From contig JANHCV010000011.1 of the NCBI GenBank assembly GCA_025594325.1, positions 868,001-932,000 on the forward strand: a stretch of 64,000 bases of DNA, written 5' to 3'. The position numbers and the translations under genes are program-made. The notes below the pieces were generated by a model. The model ran no database searches. It saw only the letters and a list, made by a program, of their open reading frames with translations, and was not told the DNA's origin. Shown here piece after piece: positions 44,101 to 54,607 of the stretch (the stretch's first letter is position 1; every line of letters starts with the position of its first letter). Source of the stretch: Blastocladiella emersonii ATCC 22665 (lineage: Eukaryota; Fungi; Blastocladiomycota).

Positions 44101-44485
44101 ACACGTCGCCGAGAATGTCGGTATTGGTCATAGGATTCAGCGCGAAGAGGCGAAACAGGTACTCTGCGCCGCGCCCGAACTTGCGGAACAGGATCTTGTT
44201 GAGCGAGTGCGCGTCGTAGAAGAAGCTGTGCGTCGGGACCTCGCCGCCGTCGCCGTCCTCGTTGTTCCCCGCAGCGACGTTGACGCGGGCCAGGATCAGG
44301 CACTTGCCCGCGGCCTGGTGCCGGCGGACCAGCGCGTCGAGCGTCTCGAGCGTCAGCGGCTCGATCGTGCTCCCCGGCAGCACCGCCGTCGGGACGACGA
44401 GCGACGTGTCGTCGTACACGCGGATGCTGCATATTGGATCGCCGCTGCCACCACCGCCGGCGGCGTTCGTCGGCGTTGAGGTCAT
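41162..44485 (-). CDS. DUF5092-like protein (1107 aa) with long low-complexity insert and two C-terminal TM helices
   Basis: CILARV..FFYDAHSLNKILF..LFRLFALNPMTNTDILGDVSYF and a distant YRAVHIGTDDDYL..RQVFDVNAL..D..LF block recall DUF5092 (from memory); hydrophobic hairpin VVAQIAALFSV..LLGILIA. Confidence 0.7.
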   Translation of the reverse strand: MTSTPTNAAGGGGSGDPICSIRVYDDTSLVVPTAVLPGSTIEPLTLETLDALVRRHQAAGKCLILARVNVAAGNNEDGDGGEVPTHSFFYDAHSLNKILFRKFGRGAEYLFRLFALNPMTNTDILGDVSYFLVEPEVRGHWRRTAHHGAAPSPSASRSGGGARGSRASSLDGTASMDSTTAQRSATLPSIPSAAVPGDSDATTPVRAIATPSGVLEIKEEDYSVLDSILNPGQPLAPAPAPTPVPPSPYRNPDAVTSFVQLMEQSIGRGDQIRIAEIVGPARLASARVLSTDLRVGSGMRGSTADVAPSPLPTRADRVPPAHGFSVGSGAPAPPAGSAHELAGSGQRRASAVLLNSSYVLSSPSPSPYLTPPSVCSDPRPPVHSTSEELGTRHHHARPVPSGRRRSSTKDLALLAAAAPRAGTAASHTSLVQLPPDTTRSGPGSSSSSAWKITLRAKSAPTTGARGVAAANGSTPAIAVPQTSSTLSLLVNNNGGGGGGSGGDDPLVLSANRATLSPPLAVGAFYSSSLSAISSGDASQVSSVRGGSLEDELAAPPEVPKPPPRPRPMEHTTIGASSTDSTASDLPLPPAPPPPPVEHAPPKPVVERVATAPPVPNHRTSCSGGNGCSASHGGASGPSPAVVAATMRPRATSASSYAGSIRSTSTGTGGGQILSAVEVPSTSLNGAGTLASLTSSGNASITGGTATTTVYRAVHIGTDDDYLSLSHVRQVFDVNALTPEDAQLFEISRDQLLEEGIVLPELLEDLGVDEYLDPAVGDHGEMFGPSATAGGFEPFNDDEGEYEDLDTDEFQAHDAVGAGSDALGTFNSAISQSLTGGGGGLTTPWGVRRSSRSSQVSISGSRRGSRQQGTAAAGLMTPGRRRSSLVPLHPGLASTTTRRGSRTDAASAVQAAPPRTWFGGWFGASITTPPPDTESSTPQNQRRRRNCRVVAQIAALFSVSIACALVILLAIPASGQLIALLCAATAVGGVLLGILIATRSSASQREARERRSRRRGSGARRRSSVATPALPASAFERRRSSTVHVLAEEPSTGPSSAGDSGERIGIAALSTTLAAAGAGGFNFNRPGSGSASPASNTASSSVPGGLNR

Positions 44486-44923
44486 GGTCGTTGATACATG
44501 TAGCTAGAATAGACGTGCGCGCGCGCGTGATCGTGCGCGGGTCCGATCTAGGAGCAGGGCGCGGACACGGCGCTTGGAGGGGTATATGCTCGAGCGAGCG
44601 GCGAAGCGGTCCGGTCCGGTCCAAGCGCGCGAGACGCGAGCGGAGGCGAGGGAGACGCGCGTGTCTCGCACGCCACACGTGATTTCGGAACGCGTCTCGC
44701 GTCTCGCGTTCGTGTGTCGCGTTTTCGCTCGCTTTTCGCGTCACGCTCGCGTCACGATCAACGATGATGAAAAAGAAGTGGAATCATATGAAAAAGAAGA
44801 GAACACTGCAGGCAACCCAGCGGCCGATGCATCTATGTTACAGGATGGATGATACACGCGCAATCTAACATTGAGGAGAAGATCAGACCACACGTCCGGC
44901 CGCTACAGTCCAGGTGAGTGAAC

Positions 44924-47253
44924 TTAGGGCTGCTGGGGCTTGCGGCCGTACGCGGGCGGGTTGGTCGGCACGGGGTAGCCGGTCTGGATCGACGTGGTCG
45001 AGGTCGAGGTGGTGGTCGACGACGACGACGTGGCGGTGGGGGTGGGGGCCTCGGTCGACTTGGTGGTGGTGGTGGTCGACGACGAGGTGGAGGTCGACGA
45101 GGTGGAAGTCGAGGTCGAGGTGGCGGCCTTGGTCGACGACGAGGACGACGTGGTGGTGGTCGAAGTCGAGGTCGAGGTGGTCGTGGGCGCCTGGGTGGTG
45201 GTCGACGACGAGGTAGTGGTGGTCGAGGTCGAGGTGGGAGCCTGGGTGGTGGTCGACGACGACGACGACGAGGTGGTGGTGGTGGTCGAGGTCGACGTGG
45301 GCTTGGCCGAGGTGGTCGTCGAGGTCGAGGTGGTGGCCGAAGTCGTGGTGGAGGTCGACGTGGGAGCGGGAGTCGTCGACGACGAGGTGGTGGTGGCCGA
45401 GGTGGTCGTGGTGGAGGTCGAGGTGGGCTTGACCGAGTCGACGGCGGTCGTGGTGGTCGTGGCCGAGGTCGTGGTCGTCGTCGACGACGAGGTGGTGGTG
45501 GGCTTGGCCGACGTGGTGGTGGTCGAGGCCGAGGTCGTGGTGGCGGTGGTCGAGGTCGTGGTCGACGTGGCGGAGGTCGAGGTGGACGTGGCCGTGGCGG
45601 TCTGCGACGTGGTGGTGGTCGAGGGCAGGCACTTGTGGGGGCGCTTGGCGAGCTCGAGCACGCCCGAGGTCCAGAGGGTGAAGCGCTTGTTGAGGAGAGC
45701 CGAACGAATGGCAAAGTCTAGCTCGTGCTCGGCCCAGGCGCGGAACAGGAGGCCGTTCGGGCAGCCGGCGTAGCTGCCGCGTTGGAGCGTGGCGCCCCAC
45801 TCGTTGTCGAGACCAATGTTCATGTCAAAGCCCAGAGACAGGATCGACATGGAGAGGCCGAACTCGGGGATAAGATGCGCTGTTTTTTTTTTCGGAACGC
45901 AACGTTAGTTTCTATGGCCTGATCGCAAGAGGCGAGCGAGAGCAGCGTACCCGTGATGCCAATGTCAATGTCCTTGGACGCGGCGAGCGGGTGCACGTCG
46001 AGCGTGGGCTTGCCCGAGGCCTGGATGGTCGGCTTGGAGAAGAGGCCGGTGCCCGAGAGCTTCCAGTTCCAGGGGAAGTTGAAGGAGAAGCCGGCGGTCA
46101 CGTCGAGGGCCTCGGCGTTCCAGTACTGGACGCCGGCGGCGAGGCGGAACTCGGGGTTGAAGGAGAAGAGGCCCGGGACACCGACGGGGGCGAGCGGGAG
46201 CACGAAGATGTTGACGCGGACGAGGTCGGTCTTGGCGAACTGGTAGGCGCGGAGGAGGATGTCCATGTTGGCCTTGATCTGGCCGCCGAGGGCGACCTGG
46301 TACTCCTTGACGACGACGGTCGAGCCCTTGATGTAGAAGGAGACCTCGGCCTCGCCCATGGCGTACAGGTTCTCGAGCGAGACGGCGCCGAAGCGCGACG
46401 TGACGAGCGGGATCGAGGGGCGGATCACCTTGCTGGTCTTGACGTCGTAGTTGAGGCCTAGGGCAAACTTCTTGGACTTGTTGGCGGACCAGTTCCAGAA
46501 GTCGCGCTTGGCGAGGCCCTCGTTCGAGTACTGGCCGACCTTGATCTCGTACTCGTCGATGACCTGGTCCTTGGAGATCTTGTTGGTCTTGAGGACGAGC
46601 TCGGTGCCCTTGGGCGCGGCGACGGCGGTGATCTCGCGGGCGTTGGTGGCGTCCTTGCCGTTGCACTTCCACTCGCGGCCGACGAGGACGGCGAGGTCCT
46701 TGGCCTTGGACCACTCGGCGGCGGCCTTGGCGGCGGACGCGTCCGAGTCAAAGGACAGGGTGATGGCGGCGTCGGAGCAGGCGATCTTCTTGATCTGGAC
46801 AAAGTTGTCGAGGTTGAGGGTCGGGCGCTTGGTCTTGAACTCGCAGTCGGCGACGACGACGGCGGGCTTGCCGAGCGGGTTCTTGTGGGCGGGCAGGTCC
46901 GAGACGTAGGCGGCCTTGACGGTGGTGCGGGGCTCGTACGACTTGCGGGGCACGGGGACCGTGTACATGTCGGCGGGCTTGGCCTGGTACGCGCCGCGCG
47001 AGTCGCCCATGTACTCGCCGTTGGGCCCGGTCTTGAGCGTGTAGTTCTTGTCGCCCGGGTGCGCGGGCGCCACCACGTACTGGTCCTTGGGGATGGCCAG
47101 CGGCACGTCCTTGTAGTGCTTCTTGCCGGACTTGCACTTCTTGTGCGCGGCGGGCGCGGGGGCCGGGGCGGCGGGGGTGGCGGGGGCCTCGTAGCCGGCC
47201 TCGGCGTAGGTGGCGAGCACGGCGAGCGTCGCGAGGATGGTGGTGAACTTCAT
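44924..47253 (-). CDS. Secreted Ser/Thr-tailed protein, paralog of 29264-31525 (about 752 aa); exons 45951-47253 and 44924-45879
   Basis: Signal peptide MKFTTILATLAVLATYAEA; long identities such as VPVPRKSYEPRTTVKAAY and LNLDNFVQIKKIAC; 71-nt intron GTACGC..ACTAAC..ACAG (45880-45950) restores AHLIPEF. Confidence 0.88.
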
Positions 47254-47359
47254 GGTGGAGGGGGTGGGGGATCGATTGATCCGTCTAAAGGTCTAGGAGG
47301 AAGGCCAAGGGGCAACTCGGCGATGGAGAGCGAGGAGAGCTGCCAGGGACGCCCTCAGG

Positions 47360-47366
47360 TTTTATA
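47360..47366 (-). promoter_or_regulatory. TATA box (TATAAAA) upstream of the secreted paralog
   Basis: Consensus TATAAAA on the minus strand about 107 nt above the ATG in otherwise GC-rich DNA. Confidence 0.5.
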
Positions 47367-48461
47367 GGCCCCCGCATCGCCGCCCATCGCAGGCGGTGCA
47401 GCCGGACGAGAGTCCTGCGCGGCGCTGGGGCGTCCGTGTGCGGCTGAAACGACTCACCTCCTCTCACTTTCCGCAGCGATTCGCTTGTGAGATGAAGAGT
47501 GATGCAAGCGGGCCCACAAGGGCACGAACCAAGTGGGGCCGCGGATAAACGCGATTAGGGTGTGAAAAAAATAGCGAACAAGGGCCGAGTCTGGCGCCCT
47601 TAACGGCAGAATCCCTTGGCAGCGGCCCCACCCGGTCGCCCGGGTCCATGGCCCCAGGTGGTGAAGACGAGGCGGTGGCGCGTCGCGCGCGCGGTCACCT
47701 CGCCCTCACCCAGCTGACCTGCAGCAACACTTGAAGTTCAGCACGACTCGCTTGTGGGTGTGGCGACGGTCGCTAGATCACGCGCTAGAAGGCGACGCGG
47801 GCGTGTGGCGGCGGCGGCGGTGGCGTGCAGCGCGTCGCCATCAGCTCCTCCATCACCAACTCCGGTGCGGCCAGGTTTTCAGGTCGACGGGCTCACGCGG
47901 TTTGCCACAATTTGAAGAGCGGCTGGGCCCACGGGTCCCCTCTTGCATCACCAAGGACTGCTCGTGCAGGCACAGTCGCAGTCGCAGTCGCGTCGTCAGC
48001 AGGGAGCGCCCTCTCCTCGCTCGCCGTGTCCGGTTCAAACTCGTCGAGGGTGCTCCCGTCGTCGATGATCTGAGCCTCAACGGACTCGGCGCTAAGTGCG
48101 CCGACACGGCGGAGGTCGGACCGTCTCTGCCGTGTGCGGCCGGTGCGGCAAGCAGTCCCTGTCGAGCCGAATGCATGGAGTCTGAGTGTGGATACATTGC
48201 GGCAAGCAGCGAGTCGTTGCACCGCGGACAAAATTTCGGGGGAGCGAAGATCAAATCTCGCGCCGGCGGCGGCGCGCTAATTTTGGGTGACGCGGCCGTG
48301 TTCGCGTCACGCCGTCACGCGTCGGAGAGCTGCCCCCCTGGTCGGAGAGCGCCGGACCAGCAGCTGCAGCGAGTGCCGATCTCAAGGGAGGAGGGGTTCT
48401 TTTGCTCTCCTCCCTCTCTCTCACGGAACCCTCAATGAAGCAGGCCTGATCGCCCCCCACC

Positions 48462-51245
48462 ATGCAACACAGCCATCCGCACCTCCACGGCGCCGCCGCC
48501 GCCGCGGGGCCAGCGCGGTCCACGTCGTCGCTCGGGTCGGGCATCGCGTACCGGCACCGCGTTCCGTCGCACTCGTCGTCGTCCTCGTGCAGCGACGCCG
48601 ACTGGGTCCCCGCCAGCAGCTACGACGAGACGGGCGCCGGCGGCGACGCGCGGCGCGACCCCGACGACGAGCGCACCGCGCTGCTCGCCGCGACCGCGCC
48701 CATGTCGCACGAGGTCCTCGACCGCACCGACACGTACCTGCCCGCCTTCTTCTCGCCCACCGCCAACGGCGTCGCCACAACGACAACGAGTGAGGACCGG
48801 TGGCGCACCGCGTGGGACACGCTCAAGGTCCGCGCGCGGTACTACGTGCCGGCGCTCAGCTGGATGCCCGCCTACTCGCGCGCGGACCTCGTGCACGACG
48901 CGATTGCCGGGTCGACCGTCGCCTTTGTCCTGATCCCGCAGGGCCTGTCGTACGCGTCGTCGCTCGCCAAGCTCGAGCCCGTCGTCGGCCTGTACACGGC
49001 CGCGTTCGCCGTCGTCGTCTACGGCTTCTTTGGGACGTCGCGCCAGCTGTCGATCGGGCCCGAGGCGCTCGTCTCGATCCTCGTCGGGTCCGCCGTGAGC
49101 AAGACGGCCGTCACGGGCGGCGCAGGCGCCTCGCCCGACCCCGCCGAGGCCGCCGCCATCACGGGCACGCTGTGCCTGCTCGTCGGCCTCTTCACCTTCG
49201 CGCTCGGCTTCTTCCGGTTCGGCTTCATCGATTCGGTCCTCTCGCGCGCGCTGCTGCGCGGGTTCATCTCGGCCGTTGCCATCGTCATCATGGTCGAGCA
49301 GGGGCCCTCGCTGCTCGGCATCCCACCCCCGGATGCGACTCACGGCGGCGCGGACGACGAGGAGGAGATGTCGCCGTTCGACAAGATCGTCGACTTGGCG
49401 TCGCGCGCCCACCGCGCACACCTCCCAACGCTTTTCGTCTCGCTCGCCTCCGTCACCTTCCTCGTCGGCGCCGCGTGGGTCAAGCAGCGCGTCAGCCAGC
49501 GGCACCCGGGCGTGCGGTTCGTCCCCGAGATCCTGCTGCTCGTCATCCTCGCGATTCTCGGCAGCTGGTCGCTCGACCTCGAGGCGCACCACGGCGTCGC
49601 CGTCCTCGGCGCCGTGAAATCGAGCGGGATCCCCGCCCCCTCGATCCCAGCACTCCGGCCCTTCTCAACCATCCGCTCCCTGACGATCCCCGCGATCCTG
49701 ATCTCGGTACTGGGCTTCGTCGAGAGCATCGTCGTGACCAAGCAGTACGCGGCGCTGCGCGGGTACGGCACGTCGCGGAACCGCGAGCTCGTGGCGCTCG
49801 GCGTCGCCAATATCGCAGGTGCCTTCTTCCACGCGTTCCCGGCGTTCGGGTCCCTCGCGCGGTCGCGCGTCAACGACCGCGTCGGCGCACGCACCCAGCT
49901 CGCGGGCATGATCGCCGGCACCCTCGTCCTGTTCGCCATCTGCTTCCTGCTCCCGGCGTTCTACCACCTGCCCAAGGCCGCCATGGCGTCCATCATCCTC
50001 GTCGCCGCATTCTCGCTCATCGAGACCCACGATATCCACTTCATCCTGCGGCTGCGCGCGTGGCGCGACTTTGGACTGTTGCTGTTCACCTTCTTCACCA
50101 CGATCCTCGTGTCTATCGAGGCCGGCATCCTGCTCTCGATCGCGCTCTCGCTGCTCCTCGTCGTCAAGGACGTCGCCGTCCCGCGCATCACCATCCTCGG
50201 GCGCGTCCGCGACCACCACTCGCACAGCCGTCCCGCGACCGCCGCGACGACGAACGGCCCACTCAAGTACCGCCCGGTACCCACCGACCGGACCCACTCC
50301 CCCGTCCCGCCGCGCGACCCAGACGACCCGGACTCGCCGTACGCGCGCGCGAGCGAGGACGCCGTGACCGCAGGCGTCGTGGTGATCCGCCTCGACGAAG
50401 CTCTGCATTTCGCGAACACGGGCGAGCTGCGCGAACGCCTGCTCCGCGCCGAGCGGTTCGGGTCCATGGCCGCGCACCCGTCCGAGCAGCCCACGCGCCG
50501 CCACCCGCTGCGGCTCGCCGTGTTCGACGTCCGCCACATGCCCGCCATCGACGCGTCCGCGGCACAGATTCTCGCGGAAATCGTCGACCATTACCGCGAC
50601 CGCGGCGTCGGCGTCGCGTTCGTCCGCGCGCACCCGCGCGTGCGCGTCGTGCTCGACCGCGCGGGGATCTCCGAGTACGCGCGGCATGTGTCGCGGATCA
50701 CGGACGCGTTGCACGCCGTCGGGCTGATCCAGCCGCAGCAGGAGCCCGCCGGGGTCGCGAGCGAGCATACCGGGATCGCGCGCACGCCAAGGGCGTCGGC
50801 CGGGTACTCGGCGTTCGACTCGGACCACTCCGCCGGGTCATCCTCGTCCGACTTCCACGGCGGCGCCACGACGTCCGGCGCGGCCGTCGGCATCGGCAGC
50901 TCCCCGCACCCGATCGCTGAGGGAAGCGCTGGACCGACCGTGACCCCAAGCGCGCACGACGGGTCGTCGTGGTCATCGACCGCCGCCGCCGCCGCGACCA
51001 CGGTCCCAACACGCGCTCTCGCTGGCGCGTACCGCGTCGACCTGTTCGCTGACTCGGACGACGATGCGTACACGGGCGCGCGGAACCCGTTCTACGTGGC
51101 CGCGGCGGGCCAGCGCGGCGCGTTCGCGGCCGGCGTCACGCCACCGCATCAGCACGCGGCGATTGCGGTGGCGGGGCATGATGATGACGAGGAGGAGGAG
51201 GAGGAGGACGAGATGCCGCCGGCGTCGCTGCACGGGCACCGGTGA
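48462..51245 (+). CDS. SLC26/SulP sulfate-anion transporter with STAS domain (927 aa)
   Basis: DAIAGSTVAFVLIPQGLSYA, GLYTA, FGTSRQLSIGPEAL, NRELVALGVANI, FGSLARS, STAS (IRLDEALHFAN..FDVRHMPAIDASA). Confidence 0.95.
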   Translation: MQHSHPHLHGAAAAAGPARSTSSLGSGIAYRHRVPSHSSSSSCSDADWVPASSYDETGAGGDARRDPDDERTALLAATAPMSHEVLDRTDTYLPAFFSPTANGVATTTTSEDRWRTAWDTLKVRARYYVPALSWMPAYSRADLVHDAIAGSTVAFVLIPQGLSYASSLAKLEPVVGLYTAAFAVVVYGFFGTSRQLSIGPEALVSILVGSAVSKTAVTGGAGASPDPAEAAAITGTLCLLVGLFTFALGFFRFGFIDSVLSRALLRGFISAVAIVIMVEQGPSLLGIPPPDATHGGADDEEEMSPFDKIVDLASRAHRAHLPTLFVSLASVTFLVGAAWVKQRVSQRHPGVRFVPEILLLVILAILGSWSLDLEAHHGVAVLGAVKSSGIPAPSIPALRPFSTIRSLTIPAILISVLGFVESIVVTKQYAALRGYGTSRNRELVALGVANIAGAFFHAFPAFGSLARSRVNDRVGARTQLAGMIAGTLVLFAICFLLPAFYHLPKAAMASIILVAAFSLIETHDIHFILRLRAWRDFGLLLFTFFTTILVSIEAGILLSIALSLLLVVKDVAVPRITILGRVRDHHSHSRPATAATTNGPLKYRPVPTDRTHSPVPPRDPDDPDSPYARASEDAVTAGVVVIRLDEALHFANTGELRERLLRAERFGSMAAHPSEQPTRRHPLRLAVFDVRHMPAIDASAAQILAEIVDHYRDRGVGVAFVRAHPRVRVVLDRAGISEYARHVSRITDALHAVGLIQPQQEPAGVASEHTGIARTPRASAGYSAFDSDHSAGSSSSDFHGGATTSGAAVGIGSSPHPIAEGSAGPTVTPSAHDGSSWSSTAAAAATTVPTRALAGAYRVDLFADSDDDAYTGARNPFYVAAAGQRGAFAAGVTPPHQHAAIAVAGHDDDEEEEEEDEMPPASLHGHR

Positions 51246-51499
51246 CGAGGGAGGATGGGATGTGTATCAATAAGTACCACGCGTGAATATACCAGCACGC
51301 TGACCTCGATGTTCGTCTCGTGGAGGGAACGACGCGTTCAGGTTCGACCGCCATGCGGCCCGACGCGACGCGATCACGGCGAGCGATCACACCAACAACA
51401 CAACCACGAAGAGAGAGTGCTAACAGAGAAGTGTATAACGAAAGTAGTCGTAGTGCAATCAGCGGGCCCAAACCACGGACCCGACCCCCGAACACTTGT

Positions 51500-53584
51500 C
51501 TAGGCCGCCGAGACGTCCCCGCTCATAAAGTGGCGGTACGCGGGGTTATCCGTCTCCTCGATCCAGTTGACGTTGAGCTTGGCGAGCCGCTCGGCGTACA
51601 GGGGCTCGAGCTCGGGCGGGACCTCGAGGCCGACGAGCACCTTGCCGACGTCGCCGCCCTGGTTCTTGTAGTGGAACAGGGTCTGGTTGAAGTCCTTGAA
51701 CAGGTCGAGCAGGTTGCGGAGCATGAGGGTGCCGCGGCCCGTCTCGCGGAACTCGTAGCGGACGACGCGCTCGTGCTTGATGGCGGACCGGCCGCCGACC
51801 AGGTACCGCGCGTGCGACTTGGCAAACTCGTTCTTGGAGATATCGACGCCGGCCATGCCGAGCGAGGTGAGCTGGTCGAGCAGCTCCTGGACCTGCACGT
51901 CGCGCGACGTGCCGTTGGGCGCGATGCGGATGGCCGCGAACACGTGCGCGAGGTCGTGCTTGTGGTACCGGTACGACAGCTCGGTGATGGCGCGCGGCAG
52001 GATCGCGTTGAGCAGCTGCAGGAACGACCCGGGGCACTCGGGCATCATGAGCGAGATGAGCGCCTCGGTCTCCTCGCCGATCTCGGCGCGCTCGGCGACG
52101 AACCGGAGCCGGTCGAACCCGACGTTGGCGCCCGACGTCACCGCGACAAAGGTCCCGCCCTGTACGCCGTTGTCGACGATCCACCGCTTGAGCCCGGCGA
52201 GGGCGAGCGCGCCCGACGGCTCGAGGATCGACCGCGTGTCGAGGAACGTGTCCTTGATGGCGGCGCAGATCTCGTCGTTGGTCACCAGCACCATCTCGTC
52301 CACGTTCTCCTGGACCAGCCGGAACGTCTCGTCGCCGACGCGGCGTACGGCGGTCCCGTCGGCGAACAGGTCGATCTCGGGCATTGTCACCGGGTGCCCG
52401 TGCCGCAGCGCCTGCGACATGGAGTCCTGGTCCACCTCCTCGACGCCAATCACCTTGACCTCCGGGTACAGCCGCTTGACGAGCGTCGCGATGCCCGCGA
52501 GCAGGCCGCCGCCGCCCTACGATGGTGACTGCCGGGGTTAGACGTGCTCGGACGGTCCGCAGTCGCAGCAAGAAGCCGTACGCAGCAGACAAAGATGGCA
52601 TCAATATGCCCGTCCGGGATCTGGCGCATGATCTCGACGCCGCAGGTGCCCTGGCCGGCGATAATGTACGAGTCGTCGAACGGCGGGATCTGCACGTATC
52701 CGTGCTCGCGCTCGAGCCGCGCAGCCTCGGCGCGGGCGCCCTCGAGGTCGACGCCGTGCAGGACGACGGTCCCGCCGAGCCGGCGGACGTTGGCGCGCTT
52801 GATCTCGGGCGAGGTCTCGGGCATGACGATGGTCGCCTTCATGCCGAGGTGCTTGGCGGCGAGGGCAACGCCCTGGGCGTGGTTGCCCGCCGAGCAGCAC
52901 ACGACGCCGCGCGCGCGCTCCTCGGGGGTCAGCGACTTGAGTTTGTTGTAGGCGCCGCGGATCTTGAACGAGAAGGCCGGCTGCATGTCCTCGCGCTTCA
53001 GGTAGATGAAGTTGCCCAGCCGGTTCGACAGCGTCTCGGCAAAGTGCAGCGGCGTCTCCTTGGCCAGGTCGTAGACTGTTTGACTGGGTTAGCATCGGAC
53101 CTCGGCGCAAGGGAAGAAGTCCTCGGCGCAAGAGAAGAAGGAACGTACTCGGCGCCGTCAGAATCATCTTGAGGTAGTCCGGGTACTTGTTGGCCACGAC
53201 CTTGGGCTCCTTCTTGGGCTTCTTGTACCCGGGGCTCGGCGCGCGCGAGAGGCCGGGCGGGAGGACCGACGAGACGGTGGACCCGACGACCGAGGCGGCC
53301 GCCGACTTGGCCACACCGGTGCCAGTGCCGTTGATGACGGACGCGGGCCCCGTCGGCGTCACGGGCGAGGTGGCGACCGACACCGAGTCGCCGGGGAACA
53401 CGGTCGACGTCGACACGCCGCTGGCCGTGGTGCTGGCCGTCGAACCGGCCGTGTCGGTGCGCGACATGGGCAGCGCGGCGGTGCCCGGGTGCACGGCGAG
53501 AGGGGCGAGCGGGGGTGGCGGCGACGGCGGCGAGGGCGAGGCGGCGGCCGGGGCCACAGCAGGGTTGGTGTTGTCCTTGGCCAT
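51500..53584 (-). CDS. ILV1: Biosynthetic threonine dehydratase (about 648 aa); exons 53149-53584, 52582-53075, 51500-52516
   Basis: YDLAKETPL, LKREDMQPAFSFKIRGAYN (PLP lysine), SAGNHAQGVA, GGGGLLAG, SGANVGFDRL, C-terminal regulatory repeats. Introns 53076-53148 and 52517-52581. Confidence 0.97.
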
Positions 53585-54607
53585 TGAGAGTGCGTGTGCA
53601 AGTAGTGCTTGAGGATGAAGTTACGTGGAGAGTCGGTTGTTGTTGTTACGAGGGCAGGGCCGCGAGAGAGAGAGAGAGGATCGGTTGCGGGGAGGGCGGG
53701 CGGGAGGGAGACGCCGAACTCAACCAACTTGTTCCAAGCAGTCCCCAACGGGCCCGGAGTCGGTGCCGGCCGGCGGGCCGCAGCTGCAGCAAACGCCTGG
53801 AGGAACTGATGATCTCCGGATTTTTAAGGTCGCACGACCAAAATGATGATTGGTCCGCGGGGCCGGCGCTCGCTCGTTGGGGAAGGAATTCTCCTCTCCG
53901 TGCCGTGCCGTGTCCCGCGTGGGCCCGCCTCCCCGTGTCCCACGTTGATGTTCTTAACGACGGATGTGGCGCTGGCGCCTCGCGAACACAAGGGCGGCGT
54001 GGCGCGACGCGACCTCGAGCCACCCCGCGAGCCACCAACACCACCGCCAACGACGGCGACGAGATCGTGTATCGATCAGCGGCGGCCGTCGTGACTCTTG
54101 CGGGCGAGGACGTCAGGGTGGGCAGGGACCACGGCAGGGACGAGCTCGAGCCTGCCGGCCATGGCTGGACTTCGGCCGAGCTTCGTGCGAGTGCGTACGC
54201 GTCCCTGCAGCGCTTCATCTCTCAACCGCTACCTTGTCGTGCGGTCCATGGCCGTGCCCAAGTCGTTGTTCGTGAGTGGAGAAAGCTTCGTGCCGAGAAC
54301 GAGGCCAGCAACTCAGTCCAAGTTCGATTGCGCGGAGCAGCAACTTGGCCATCGTTGCTCACCCGTATCCAACACGCGTCTAGGCGAGTTAGTCCTGGGC
54401 CTCTCTGCGACGTTGCGCTGAAGCTTGGACAGAGCCGTGATGCGAAAGGTTGACGCCGAGTTTAGGAACAAACTCACTCACGCGCTGATGTGGTGCAACG
54501 CTACGCGACGCGGCCACCGTCACCTCGCGGTGGCCATGACCATGGCCGCGCACGCACCGCGTCAGCCCTGATGAGGAATGATCACACTGCGATAGTACAT
54601 ATATATC

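Noticed and set aside
54092-54098. TGACTCT as a Gcn4 site upstream of ILV1
   Set aside because: Single imperfect site about 500 nt away; not distinguishable from background.
53515-54453. 312-aa plus-strand ORF between ILV1 and the cyclin
   Set aside because: No recognisable motif or host codon bias, and it overlaps the ILV1 start and promoter.
54512-54547. Overlapping hairpins ggccaccg/cggtggcc and ggccatg/catggcc downstream of the cyclin
   Set aside because: 7-8 bp stems are expected by chance in DNA of this GC content.
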